Source of the DNA: an uncultured Lachnospiraceae bacterium
Lineage (GTDB): Bacteria; Bacillota; Clostridia; Lachnospirales; Lachnospiraceae
Reading direction: 5' to 3'
Length of the DNA: 64,000 bases
NCBI GenBank assembly: GCA_947089905.1
Contig: CAMUMG010000003.1
Coordinates: 206,442-270,441 of the forward strand
Positions within the stretch are counted from its first letter, which is position 1. Each line of letters begins with the position of its first letter. The notes under the pieces are model-generated. The model was not told where the DNA came from. It saw nothing but the letters and a program-made list of their open reading frames with translations, and made no database searches. This document shows, in pieces, positions 50,401 through 59,495 of the stretch. Both the position numbers and the translations under genes were made by a program.

Positions 50401-52017
50401 GGACTCAAATCTCTTTATGCCCCATGTTATTAATAGTTTCCAAAACAGTAATATAAGCAGTCCAACAACAAGTGCTGTCCCTGCAAAGATCCATTTTGCA
50501 GGGATTGAAAAAATCGTTAAAAGTAAAATCGGAATAATACCACACAACATTCCCCCTAAAGAAGTGAGCATGGATGCAGCACTCTGTTTAATGACTACGG
50601 TTTCATTCGTCCAAGTCAATAGCGGAAATTTTAAATTGAGTAAAAGTCCACCAATGGAAACTAAGCCTGAGTACAATACAGGAATAAAAAAGGTAACAGC
50701 AAACTCTAAGATAGAAAGCTCAAAAAAAACTCCAATTAAAATTGTATTTATGGTCAAAAGCGGAAGTACCAAAATTAAATTGACTGCAATTTTACTTTTA
50801 AAAATTGTTTTAACATCTACTGGAACAGAGCGCAAAATCCATAAACTTTTTCCCTCTAGGGAAATAGAACAGGCAGCCGAAAAAGTCATTCCTACTAAGA
50901 TTGCAAATAAAAAAGGCATCATCTGTTTTATTAAAGACATCATCTTTGGAACTTGCAATATTTGTATCATTTGCTCTGGTTTTACTATTATTACAACCAA
51001 TACAGCTATTGTCATAAGTATCATACTGATACAGGAATTTAAAAAATATATAGTAGATGAAAATACTCGTTTAATTTCTTTAAAAAATAAAGCTCGAAAT
51101 GGAGTTGTTTTTTTGTATTCTTTTATTTTATAATTACTTTTTGTACTTACACCAGTAATTGAAGTATTTAGCTTTAAAAATAGTTTTCCTATAATTACAC
51201 AAAAGACTACAAACGCACTTCCTGAGATTGCTAAAAATGCTCCTAATTGTATGAAGTTGCCCTCTACAACTCCATGTATATACATTCCAGCTAATGGATA
51301 CATTCTTTCTATTTGTCTTGTCAATACATCACCTAATACAGCAATCTGTCCTTCTTGCTGCATTTGAAATGATACGCTAAAGATGAAAAGAATTAAGATT
51401 AAGAATAGTATTGTATTTACTAAGTTACTGTGTCGGAACTTCGATGCTATTGCTGCTGCCAATATACCAAATACACATGCCAAAATCATAGGTACTAATG
51501 GTACAAAAGCTAAAGCAAAGAAAAATCTAAGATAAAATCCAAATGGAGGTCTTGCCAGATATCCATATATTATCATATTCGGAATCGCAAGTATAGCTGT
51601 AAAAAAGAAATTAATACAATAGAGCAGCAAAATTCGACTGGCTACTATATAGGCGGTTGGCACAGGAAGCGACATTAAAATATCATAATCCTTTGTTCCA
51701 AATAAGGTTCCTTTTACCTTATAAATTGTCATTGTTAGAGTAACGATACAGACTACTGCCATCATAAACCCTGGCAATAATGTAAGTTGCCCTGCCATTT
51801 GAAAAGATAATCCAAAAATATAACTGTATGCTCCAGATATTAGAGCAAATAAAATTCCAGTCATTAAAAAAATAAGAGAAACACTTTTATTTTTTGGTTT
51901 TGTATTTTTTTTTCGGAAAAGTGAAATAAAATCTAATGCAGAACCTAGCTGAACTTTTGTCAGCCTTAAAATCATTTTCATACTTGCCCTCTGCTTTCTG
52001 TTATTTAAAATCTTCAA
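50395..52017 (-). CDS. Large polytopic permease of the putative-ABC-exporter type
   Basis: 540 aa with about 12 TM helices. Overlaps the 3' end of the upstream ATPase gene by 17 nt. Confidence 0.65.
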   Translation of the reverse strand: MKILNNRKQRASMKMILRLTKVQLGSALDFISLFRKKNTKPKNKSVSLIFLMTGILFALISGAYSYIFGLSFQMAGQLTLLPGFMMAVVCIVTLTMTIYKVKGTLFGTKDYDILMSLPVPTAYIVASRILLLYCINFFFTAILAIPNMIIYGYLARPPFGFYLRFFFALAFVPLVPMILACVFGILAAAIASKFRHSNLVNTILFLILILFIFSVSFQMQQEGQIAVLGDVLTRQIERMYPLAGMYIHGVVEGNFIQLGAFLAISGSAFVVFCVIIGKLFLKLNTSITGVSTKSNYKIKEYKKTTPFRALFFKEIKRVFSSTIYFLNSCISMILMTIAVLVVIIVKPEQMIQILQVPKMMSLIKQMMPFLFAILVGMTFSAACSISLEGKSLWILRSVPVDVKTIFKSKIAVNLILVLPLLTINTILIGVFFELSILEFAVTFFIPVLYSGLVSIGGLLLNLKFPLLTWTNETVVIKQSAASMLTSLGGMLCGIIPILLLTIFSIPAKWIFAGTALVVGLLILLFWKLLITWGIKRFESL

Positions 52018-52723
52018 TTAATTCCATAAAAACTTCTTCTAAACTTTGATTTCCCTTTACTTCTTCTGTTGTTCCATCTGCAATCAATTTTCCCCCCTTA
52101 ATTACTGCAATCTTATTACATAACTTTTCTGCTACTTCTAAAACGTGTGTAGAAAAGAAAATTGCACTTCCCTCATTACATAATTCTGCCATAAATCCTT
52201 TTAGAAGATGAGCTGCCTTTGGATCTAACCCCACAAATGGCTCGTCTAATAACATTAACTTTGGCTTGTGAATCAAAGCTGAGATCACTGCAAGTTTCTG
52301 TTTCATTCCATGTGAATAGGAACCAATCGAGTCACCAAGATTTTTTGTCAATTCAAATGCGTCTGCATATTTAGAAATTTGTTCTGATCGCTGTTGTTTA
52401 TCTACCTGAAATAAATCCGCAATAAAATTTAAGTATTGAATTCCTGACAGATGTTCATAGAGGTCTGGATTATCTGGAATATATGCCATAACCTGTTTAC
52501 ATGCGATTGGTTTTTCATGGATTGATTTTTGATCTATAAAAATTTCTCCTTCTTCAAAGTCCAAAACTCCTGCAATAGCACGTAATGTTGTTGTCTTTCC
52601 TGCTCCATTGTGACCAATAAATCCATAGATATCTCCAGCTTCTACCGTAAGATTTAACTTATCTACCGCTTTCTTTCCTCCTTTATATACTTTAGAAAAA
52701 TTTTTAATTTTTAACATTGACAT
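52001..52723 (-). CDS. ABC transporter ATP-binding protein
   Basis: 240 aa. Walker A GHNGAGKTT, signature YSHGMKQK, Walker B LMLLDEP. Confidence 0.9.
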   Translation of the reverse strand: MSMLKIKNFSKVYKGGKKAVDKLNLTVEAGDIYGFIGHNGAGKTTTLRAIAGVLDFEEGEIFIDQKSIHEKPIACKQVMAYIPDNPDLYEHLSGIQYLNFIADLFQVDKQQRSEQISKYADAFELTKNLGDSIGSYSHGMKQKLAVISALIHKPKLMLLDEPFVGLDPKAAHLLKGFMAELCNEGSAIFFSTHVLEVAEKLCNKIAVIKGGKLIADGTTEEVKGNQSLEEVFMELIEDFK

Positions 52724-52764
52724 CTTTATCCTCTTTTCTTTATTTGATGTTGAAAAGCAATTAA

Positions 52765-52794
52765 TAGATATTTAGATAATTATCTAAATATCTA
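52765..52794. promoter_or_regulatory. Perfect 30-bp palindrome, a candidate operator upstream of the ABC exporter operon
   Basis: TAGATATTTAGATAATTATCTAAATATCTA equals its own reverse complement. It lies between a candidate promoter (TTTACA-17-TGgTAGACT on the minus strand) and the ATPase RBS. Confidence 0.55.
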
Positions 52795-52844
52795 TCTATA
52801 GTCTACCATATCTATACTTTTATGTAAAGTAAAATTTTTATAAT

Positions 52845-52912
52845 AGGAGCTGTTATACTAAGAACTAAATATACAATATCTTGTATCTAATTTTCTTAGT
52901 ATAACAGCTCCT
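52845..52912 (-). terminator. Long terminator hairpin after the second MBL-fold gene
   Basis: Perfect 19-bp stem AGGAGCTGTTATACTAAGA / TCTTAGTATAACAGCTCCT. The 30-nt loop carries a nested ATACAA/TTGTAT hairpin. Confidence 0.7.
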
Positions 52913-52921
52913 TATTTTGTT

Positions 52922-53812
52922 TTACTTTGTATCATGTTGTACTTCGATTTTTTCTCCATCGCAGCTTAAAAATAAAGTTCCATCTCCAGTATAATATAAT
53001 TCAATCTCTTTTTCCTTTAACATTGGTTCAATTCTTCCAAAGTTATTTGCTTTATCCTGTGCTTGTTTTTTTTCACAGGTAATAATTGCTAACTTTGGTG
53101 CAACAGTTTCTAAAAAAGCTTCTGTTGTTGCATCATTAAATCCATGATGTCCAACTTTTAAAACATCTGCTTGAATTTCATAACCTTTTTTTAAAATTTC
53201 TGCTTCAGATTCTTTTAGAGCATCTCCCATGAATAAGAAATTTCGAGAACCAAATGTAATGTAGAGTACCAAAGAAGAATTATTCGTTTGACCATCTGCT
53301 AATGCCGCTGTTCCTGGTGCAAGAATCTTTATTTTTGCATTTCCAAAAGAAAATTCCGAAGGAACTTTTGGAACAATGATTTTAGTCTGTCTCTTTTTGG
53401 CACGTCCAATCATTGCCTGATAGTCTTTGTTACTTTCATTTTTAGGAGAAATGAAAAGAGTTTCTACTTGAAATTTTCTCAAGACCTCTTCCATTCCTCC
53501 AACGTGATCTTCATCTCCATGTGTTGCCACTACATAGTCTAATCGTTTTATTCCCTGTTTCTTTAAATAGTCTGTCACCTGTCTTTTGGTATCCTTCCAA
53601 CCAGCATCAATAAGCATTGCCTTCTTTCCAGTTCGGATTAAAATACAATCTGCCTTTTTAAGAGATAAAAAATGAAGTTCTAAAACATCATCTTCTATAA
53701 CTCTTTCTGTATTTTGTCCCTTTAAAAACAGTGTACATCCAATTAATAGCAACAGATAGAGAATGACTGTAATCAGTTTTCTTTTGGCCTTTTTCTGGTA
53801 TTGATCCTGCAT
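52922..53812 (-). CDS. Membrane-anchored MBL-fold hydrolase (ComEC C-terminal-domain-like)
   Basis: 296 aa. N-terminal TM helix, HGDEDH motif and GHHG. Paralogous in layout to 20609-21730. Confidence 0.7.
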   Translation of the reverse strand: MQDQYQKKAKRKLITVILYLLLLIGCTLFLKGQNTERVIEDDVLELHFLSLKKADCILIRTGKKAMLIDAGWKDTKRQVTDYLKKQGIKRLDYVVATHGDEDHVGGMEEVLRKFQVETLFISPKNESNKDYQAMIGRAKKRQTKIIVPKVPSEFSFGNAKIKILAPGTAALADGQTNNSSLVLYITFGSRNFLFMGDALKESEAEILKKGYEIQADVLKVGHHGFNDATTEAFLETVAPKLAIITCEKKQAQDKANNFGRIEPMLKEKEIELYYTGDGTLFLSCDGEKIEVQHDTK

Positions 53813-53885
53813 ATATCAGCTCCCAGTATTCTTTTCTTTATTTTATTCCAGAAAAAAGGAGCTTACGATCAAAAGACCAACCTAT

Positions 53886-54803
53886 CTATTTTAGGAATCC
53901 ATTTACAATCTGTGCCTCTGCTTCTGCTTCTGTCAAACCTAATGTCATTAATTTAATAATTTGTTCTCCTGCAATTTTACCAATTGCTGCCTCATGAATT
54001 AAACTTGCATCAAGATGATTTGCAGTAAGTTGTGGAATAGCACTGACACTTCCCTGATCCATTAAAATAGCATCACATTCTGTATGTCCCATACATTTAT
54101 TATTGCCATTAATTTTTGAAAGAAAGATCTGGTGGGAATTTTCTTTTGCAACTGAGCGAGAAATTACGTCTGCTCCACAATCTACTCCATTGAGATCGAC
54201 CTCAAAATCTGTCTTTGCAAGCTGTTTTCCATGAGTTAAAATTTTTTCCTTAATTACTAAAGTTGCCTTATCTGCCAAATCTGCTTTTGTAGTGCGAACT
54301 GTCGAATCAATTCCCTTAATCTGTACAGTATCCATCTGCATAGAACCCCCCTCTTCAATATGAATAATTGTTTGAGGGTTCATAATACGCTCTCCATTTC
54401 CATCTCCACTGCCATAATGTTTTTCTACATAGCGTACTTTTGCATTTTTTCCAATATAAAATGTATGAATTCCATCGTGTTTAGATGCTTGATCTCCGGC
54501 ATTATGAATTCCACATCCTGCTATAATTGTAACATCTGCATCTTCACCGATATAAAAATCATTATAGACCATATCACTTAATCCTGTTTGGCTTAACAAC
54601 ACTGGAATGTGTACACTTTCATTTTTTGTTCCTGGTTTAATTATAATATCAATTCCCTGTTTATCTGTTTTAGTAACAATGTCGATATGTTCGGTGGTAT
54701 TTCTTCCCGTTCCTTCGCCATTTACTCTTAAATTGTAAGCTCCCTGAGGTACTTCATGAAGCCCTGCAATTTCTTCTAATAATTGCTTTTGAATTGAGTC
54801 CAT
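53886..54803 (-). CDS. SufB/SufD-family Fe-S cluster assembly protein
   Basis: 305 aa. C-terminal HEAAIGKIAGEQIIKLMTLGLTEAEAEAQIVNGF is typical of SufB/D. Confidence 0.8.
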   Translation of the reverse strand: MDSIQKQLLEEIAGLHEVPQGAYNLRVNGEGTGRNTTEHIDIVTKTDKQGIDIIIKPGTKNESVHIPVLLSQTGLSDMVYNDFYIGEDADVTIIAGCGIHNAGDQASKHDGIHTFYIGKNAKVRYVEKHYGSGDGNGERIMNPQTIIHIEEGGSMQMDTVQIKGIDSTVRTTKADLADKATLVIKEKILTHGKQLAKTDFEVDLNGVDCGADVISRSVAKENSHQIFLSKINGNNKCMGHTECDAILMDQGSVSAIPQLTANHLDASLIHEAAIGKIAGEQIIKLMTLGLTEAEAEAQIVNGFLK

Positions 54804-54804
54804 T

Positions 54805-55578
54805 TTAACATCCCCTTTCTTTTTGTTGTGTGATTCCCGTCTGTGCTGCTACAACTCCAGAACCTCCTTTATAGGGACATCCCGCAGATTCGGAAAGGAC
54901 ATTAGAAAGCACTTCTTCTTTTCCTCCTTGTTGTACAATTTCTCCATTTGCAATTACTACAATCCGATCTGCAATATTTAAAATTCGTTCTTGATGAGAA
55001 ATAATTACAATAGAACCTGCAATCTCTTCGTGCATTTTTTCAAATACACGAATTAAATTACTAAAGCTCCAAAGATCGATTCCTGCTTCTGGTTCATCAA
55101 ATACAGAAAGTTTTGAACGTCTTGCAATAATGGTAGCAATTTCAATTCGTTTTAACTCTCCTCCTGATAGACTAGAATTGACTTCACGATTAATATAATC
55201 TCTTGCACAAAGTCCAACTTCCGATAACAGATCACAAGCTCCTGAATTACTAAGTCCCTTTCCAGCAGCAAGAAGAAGCAGATCCTTTACTGTAATTCCT
55301 TTGAAACGAACTGGTTGTTGAAATGCAAAAGCAATTCCTGCCTTTGCTCTATCTGTAATACTCATCTGTGTAATATCTTGTCCATCAAGAAAAATTTGTC
55401 CACTGGTAGGTTGTTCAATTCCTACAATAATTTTTGCTAGAGTAGATTTTCCCCCGCCATTTGGTCCAGTAATCGCAAGAAATTGATTTTGTTCTATTGT
55501 AAGATTGATATTTCGTATAATTTCTTTTCGTCCAGAATGATCCGGAACATCAAATGATATATTTCTTAATTCCAGCAT
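54805..55578 (-). CDS. sufC: SufC-like ABC ATPase
   Basis: 257 aa. Walker A GPNGGGKST, signature LSGGELKR, Walker B SVFDEPEAGID. Adjacent to the SufB/D-family gene. Confidence 0.8.
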   Translation of the reverse strand: MLELRNISFDVPDHSGRKEIIRNINLTIEQNQFLAITGPNGGGKSTLAKIIVGIEQPTSGQIFLDGQDITQMSITDRAKAGIAFAFQQPVRFKGITVKDLLLLAAGKGLSNSGACDLLSEVGLCARDYINREVNSSLSGGELKRIEIATIIARRSKLSVFDEPEAGIDLWSFSNLIRVFEKMHEEIAGSIVIISHQERILNIADRIVVIANGEIVQQGGKEEVLSNVLSESAGCPYKGGSGVVAAQTGITQQKERGC

Positions 55579-55594
55579 GGTTTTTGTTTCCTTT

Positions 55595-56407
55595 CTAAGT
55601 TCTTTTTAGCCAAGCAATCGCTAAATCTATCCATCCAGCACATTCTGGCTGATAGCCTGTGCCGTCAGCAAGCATGGTTTCTTTTGTGGCTAATGTTAAT
55701 CCATGTTCTCCTACAGGATACATATGAAATTCAGTTGGAATGGAATGTTTTCTAAGTGCCATAACCAATAGAAGTGAATTTTCTACAGGTACTATTGAAT
55801 CTGTATACGTATGCCATAGAAATATTGGCGGAACTTGATCATTTACCCTTTTTTCTAGTGAAAGATCATCTTTTAATTCCTCATATTGATTGCCTAGAAG
55901 TTGTATAAAAGAATCTTTATGAGCATATTCTCCTGAAGTAATGACAGGATAAGAAAGAATACATCCATTTGGACGAATCATTTCCTTTGTTGTCTTTAAT
56001 TTTTCTGAAAGCCAGTCTTGTGCCCAAAAAAGGGCATGACAACAGGCAAGATGTCCTCCAGCAGAAAAACCTATAGTAAAAATTTTGTTTGGATCAATCG
56101 ACCATTCTTTTGCATGTTCCCGAATATATTTTATACTTTCACAAAGATCAAATAATGCTGTTGGATATTTTGCTGGAGCGACGTGATAGCGTAGTACAAA
56201 AGCTGAAATTCCATTGGCAATCATCTGAAGTGCAATCGGTTCTGCTTCTCTATCAGATGTGAAACAATATCCACCGCCTGGACAGATAATAACTGCCGGA
56301 CGAAGCCTCTTTTGATCTGTGGTATCAGAAATCAAATAGGTAAATAATTTTGCTGGTGTTGTATTTTCTTCACCAGCAGAAATAATATCTATACACTCAT
56401 GTAACAT
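55595..56407 (-). CDS. Alpha/beta hydrolase (esterase)
   Basis: 270 aa. GFSAGGH nucleophile elbow and an oxyanion-type CPGGGY. Confidence 0.75.
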   Translation of the reverse strand: MLHECIDIISAGEENTTPAKLFTYLISDTTDQKRLRPAVIICPGGGYCFTSDREAEPIALQMIANGISAFVLRYHVAPAKYPTALFDLCESIKYIREHAKEWSIDPNKIFTIGFSAGGHLACCHALFWAQDWLSEKLKTTKEMIRPNGCILSYPVITSGEYAHKDSFIQLLGNQYEELKDDLSLEKRVNDQVPPIFLWHTYTDSIVPVENSLLLVMALRKHSIPTEFHMYPVGEHGLTLATKETMLADGTGYQPECAGWIDLAIAWLKRT

Positions 56408-56495
56408 AGTATACCTCCTTTCTGAATGTTCCTTTTGGCATTATAACATACTAATCCTACTTTTACCATAGGTAATTAAAATTTCTTTAAAAAAA

Positions 56496-56526
56496 CTCCG
56501 AAAAGTTATATCATATCTTTTCGGAG
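56496..56526 (-). terminator. Rho-independent terminator
   Basis: CTCCGAAAAG / CTTTTCGGAG 10-bp stem flanked by A/T runs. Confidence 0.7.
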
Positions 56527-56533
56527 CTTTTTT

Positions 56534-57130
56534 CTATCCCTGTAAAAGCGGTTGTATTTGTTTTTCTTCTGAACGAAACTCTAAAATCTGTAAAATTGCT
56601 TCTGTCACACGATAACATAATTCTACAATATATCTACAATCTGCTTTCACTGCACGTACTGTCTGCAAATAACATTCGTGCATCCGTTTAATGAACTCAC
56701 AGATTTCTTCTACTGTCTGAAAAGTTTTATTTTCATTGCGGAATCGTTTTGCCTCTTCACTATTGACATAGGCACGAAATGTATGTTTCAATTCTTCTTC
56801 ATAATTGCAATGTTCTCGTAATGTTCCTGTAAATTCTGCATTATGAGGAAATGTAAAATAGTCTGCAATATAATGAGTAATTACTCCTAAATGTCTACAA
56901 AAATAAGTATTAATTCCTTTTTCTGTATCAAACTTTTCGGTTACTTTATATAATTCCTTTTCTAATATCGAAAATGTTTCTTCTATATTATGCTTTCTAG
57001 TTAAAAAAGAAGGCATACAGTCTGGCAGGATACTCCCAAACATAAATGCTTTTTTATGCAAAATTAGGTCATCTTCCTCCAAGTTGCTCATTAGATATTT
57101 CGCCAATGAAATATGGGATTTCTTTCTCAA
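56534..57130 (-). CDS. Zinc-dependent phospholipase C-like family protein (small cytoplasmic type)
   Basis: The likely start is TTG at 57130 (GGAGGA 6 nt upstream), giving LRKKSHISLAKYL... The track ORF extends 32 codons further up. The family call is from memory of HISLA.YL / ITHYIADYFTFPHN motifs. Confidence 0.55.
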   Translation of the reverse strand: MRKKSHISLAKYLMSNLEEDDLILHKKAFMFGSILPDCMPSFLTRKHNIEETFSILEKELYKVTEKFDTEKGINTYFCRHLGVITHYIADYFTFPHNAEFTGTLREHCNYEEELKHTFRAYVNSEEAKRFRNENKTFQTVEEICEFIKRMHECYLQTVRAVKADCRYIVELCYRVTEAILQILEFRSEEKQIQPLLQG

Positions 57131-57364
57131 TTTACATCCTCCTTGTGAACCCACTCGCAGTAATAAGGAGTATCCCGTTTGTGATAACTCCTTATTATAA
57201 TCAATCATATTGAAATAGATTCTCATTTACAAATCTGATTCTACACCCTTCTTTTTAAAAAATCAACAGGAATTTTTTATTCATACAAAAATTCATATTT
57301 CATTCACAGTTCGTTCATAATTTATACTTTCAAATTTTTTAACATTTTCTTTATGAATGTAATA

Positions 57365-57394
57365 TTGACATTTCTGTAGATTACCGTGTACTAT
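57365..57394 (+). promoter_or_regulatory. Putative promoter of the zinc-ribbon / DUF5685-like / J-protein operon
   Basis: TTGACA (57365-57370), 18 nt, TACTAT (57389-57394). Confidence 0.4.
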
Positions 57395-57452
57395 ATACAT
57401 ATCGTTTCTAAAATATGACATGGAACTATTTTTTAATGGAATGGAGTTTTTT

Positions 57453-57854
57453 ATGAATCTAAAAGATAAATTTCTTCGTTTTATGCAAGGTTGCTATGGT
57501 ATCGATTCATTTTCTCGATTTCTTACCACATTTGGATTAATTTTATTGCTTGTTTCTATCTTATTTAGATTGCCCTTTTTAAACCTACTAGGCTTTTTAT
57601 GTGTAATTTATTGCTATGTTCGTATGTTTTCTAAAAATACGCAAAAACGATTTGCAGAAAATCAAAAATTTTTACAGTTTACAAATAAGATCAGGACAAC
57701 CTTTCAACGGGAAGCTTCTTTGATGAGTCAACGAAAAACACATCATATCTATACTTGCCCTTCCTGTAAACAAAAAATCCGTATTCCGCGTGGACGTGGC
57801 AAGATTGAGATTAGCTGTCCGAAATGTCATACTAAATTTATTCGGAAAAGCTGA
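57453..57854 (+). CDS. Membrane protein with a C-terminal zinc ribbon
   Basis: 133 aa from ATG 57453. Two TM helices, then CPSCKQKIRIPRGRGKIEISCPKCHTKF (CxxC-N16-CxxC). Confidence 0.65.
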   Translation: MNLKDKFLRFMQGCYGIDSFSRFLTTFGLILLLVSILFRLPFLNLLGFLCVIYCYVRMFSKNTQKRFAENQKFLQFTNKIRTTFQREASLMSQRKTHHIYTCPSCKQKIRIPRGRGKIEISCPKCHTKFIRKS

Positions 57855-57876
57855 AAGAATGAGGTTTACGGTCTAT

Positions 57877-58725
57877 ATGTTTGGTTATATTACAATTAAT
57901 AAAGCAGAACTAAAATTTCGAGAATTTGATCTTTATCAGGCATATTACTGCGGATTATGTGAAGAGTTAAAAAAAAGATATGGAAGAATCGGTCAAGCTA
58001 CACTAACTTATGATATGACTTTTTTACTGTTGCTATTTACTGGTCTATATGAACCAAAAGAAATAACAAGTCATTGTCGATGTCTTATTCATCCAATACA
58101 CAAACATCCCGTCCTAACAAATGAATTTACTGCTTATGTTGCAGATATGAATATTGTTCTTAGTTATTATAAATGTAAAGATGATTGGATGGATGAACAT
58201 AATTTTAAAAAACGTGCAGCGGGACAATTACTGAAAAGACATTTTCATCAAATTCAGATGCGTTATCCAAAAAAAGTTTCTGTCATCCAAGATGCTCTTT
58301 CTCATATTGCCGATTATGAAAAAAAGAAAGAAACTAATCTCGATCTGCTCTCTGGATGCTTTGGAACTTTAATGGCAGAAATTTTCGTCTATCATACTGA
58401 CGAATGGGAAGAAAGTTTACGAAATATTGGGTATTATCTTGGAAAATTTGTCTATCTCTTAGATGCCTATGAAGATATTGAACAAGATCAAAAAAAGGGA
58501 GCTTTTAATCCTTTACTGTCCCTTTTTAAAACTTCTCAATTCGAATCTTTTTGTCAAACTATGTTGACTATGATGATGGCAGAATGTTCCCGTCTATTTG
58601 AGCAACTCCCTATTTTAAATTATGCGTCAATCTTGCGGAATATTTTATATTCTGGAGTTTGGCAAAAGTATGAAGCTGTCAAAAAACAGAGATCTTCTTT
58701 GTCACAACAAGAAAAAGGCAGGTGA
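57877..58725 (+). CDS. Cys-containing protein of unknown function (resembles the DUF5685 family from memory)
   Basis: 282 aa from ATG 57877 (MFGYITINKAEL...). YYCGLCEELKK and HCRCLIHP Cys motifs. Confidence 0.6.
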   Translation: MFGYITINKAELKFREFDLYQAYYCGLCEELKKRYGRIGQATLTYDMTFLLLLFTGLYEPKEITSHCRCLIHPIHKHPVLTNEFTAYVADMNIVLSYYKCKDDWMDEHNFKKRAAGQLLKRHFHQIQMRYPKKVSVIQDALSHIADYEKKKETNLDLLSGCFGTLMAEIFVYHTDEWEESLRNIGYYLGKFVYLLDAYEDIEQDQKKGAFNPLLSLFKTSQFESFCQTMLTMMMAECSRLFEQLPILNYASILRNILYSGVWQKYEAVKKQRSSLSQQEKGR

Positions 58726-58731
58726 ATCAAA

Positions 58732-59409
58732 ATGCTTGATCCATATCAGACTCTTGGTGTTTCTCGAAATGCTTCTGATGATGAAATTAAAAAAGCATAT
58801 CGAACATTAAGTCGAAAATATCATCCAGACTCTAATATTAATAATCCAAATAAAGAAATGGCAGAGGCAAAATTTAAAGAAATTCAACAGGCATATCAAC
58901 AAATTATGAAAGAACGTACCAGAGGATATTCTGATTCTGACTTTACTGGTGAACAAACTTCTGGAGATCCATTTGGAGGCTTTTGGGGTTTTGGAACATG
59001 GGGACAACAGCGTACCCAACAAAATACAGATAATTCTGATCCAGAACTTATTCGACTTAATGCTGCAATGAATTATATTAATAATGGCTATTATCAAGAA
59101 GCATTAAGAACTCTCTCTGACATTTCCAATCGTAGTGCACGTTGGTATTATTTAAGTGCCATTGCAAATCTTGGTATTCGAAATAATATGACTGCTCTAG
59201 AACATGCTAAGATGGCTCAACATTTAGAACCCGGCAATCCTGAATATCAACGTTTAGTCTATCAAATTCAGTCCGGTGGAGCTTGGTATCAAACTCAAAA
59301 AGACCCCTATGGAACAAATCCATTTGAAGGCAATAATCTCTGTTTGAGATTGTGTATGCTCCAACTTGCTTGTAATGTATGTTGTGGAGGAAGAATTTTC
59401 TTTTGTTGA
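58732..59409 (+). CDS. J-domain protein with a TPR-like middle region and a Cys-rich hydrophobic C-terminal tail
   Basis: 225 aa. [31 protein letters not shown] (HPD motif). The tail is [22 protein letters not shown]. Confidence 0.85.
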   Translation: MLDPYQTLGVSRNASDDEIKKAYRTLSRKYHPDSNINNPNKEMAEAKFKEIQQAYQQIMKERTRGYSDSDFTGEQTSGDPFGGFWGFGTWGQQRTQQNTDNSDPELIRLNAAMNYINNGYYQEALRTLSDISNRSARWYYLSAIANLGIRNNMTALEHAKMAQHLEPGNPEYQRLVYQIQSGGAWYQTQKDPYGTNPFEGNNLCLRLCMLQLACNVCCGGRIFFC

Positions 59410-59495
59410 CATAATAGCAAAAAAACGATATAATAGTAATGTATATACCCTTTTAATGGTATAATCAAATATTTTAATTTTAGGAGATGATATAT

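Noticed and set aside
50363-51133. 256-aa plus-strand ORF
   Set aside because: It is entirely antisense to the 12-TM permease gene. The composition is typical of the reverse frame of an AT-rich membrane gene, with no RBS or recognisable domain.
57227-57452. CIRCE/HrcA element upstream of the J-protein operon
   Set aside because: No TTAGCACTC-N9-GAGTGCTAA-like inverted repeat is present.
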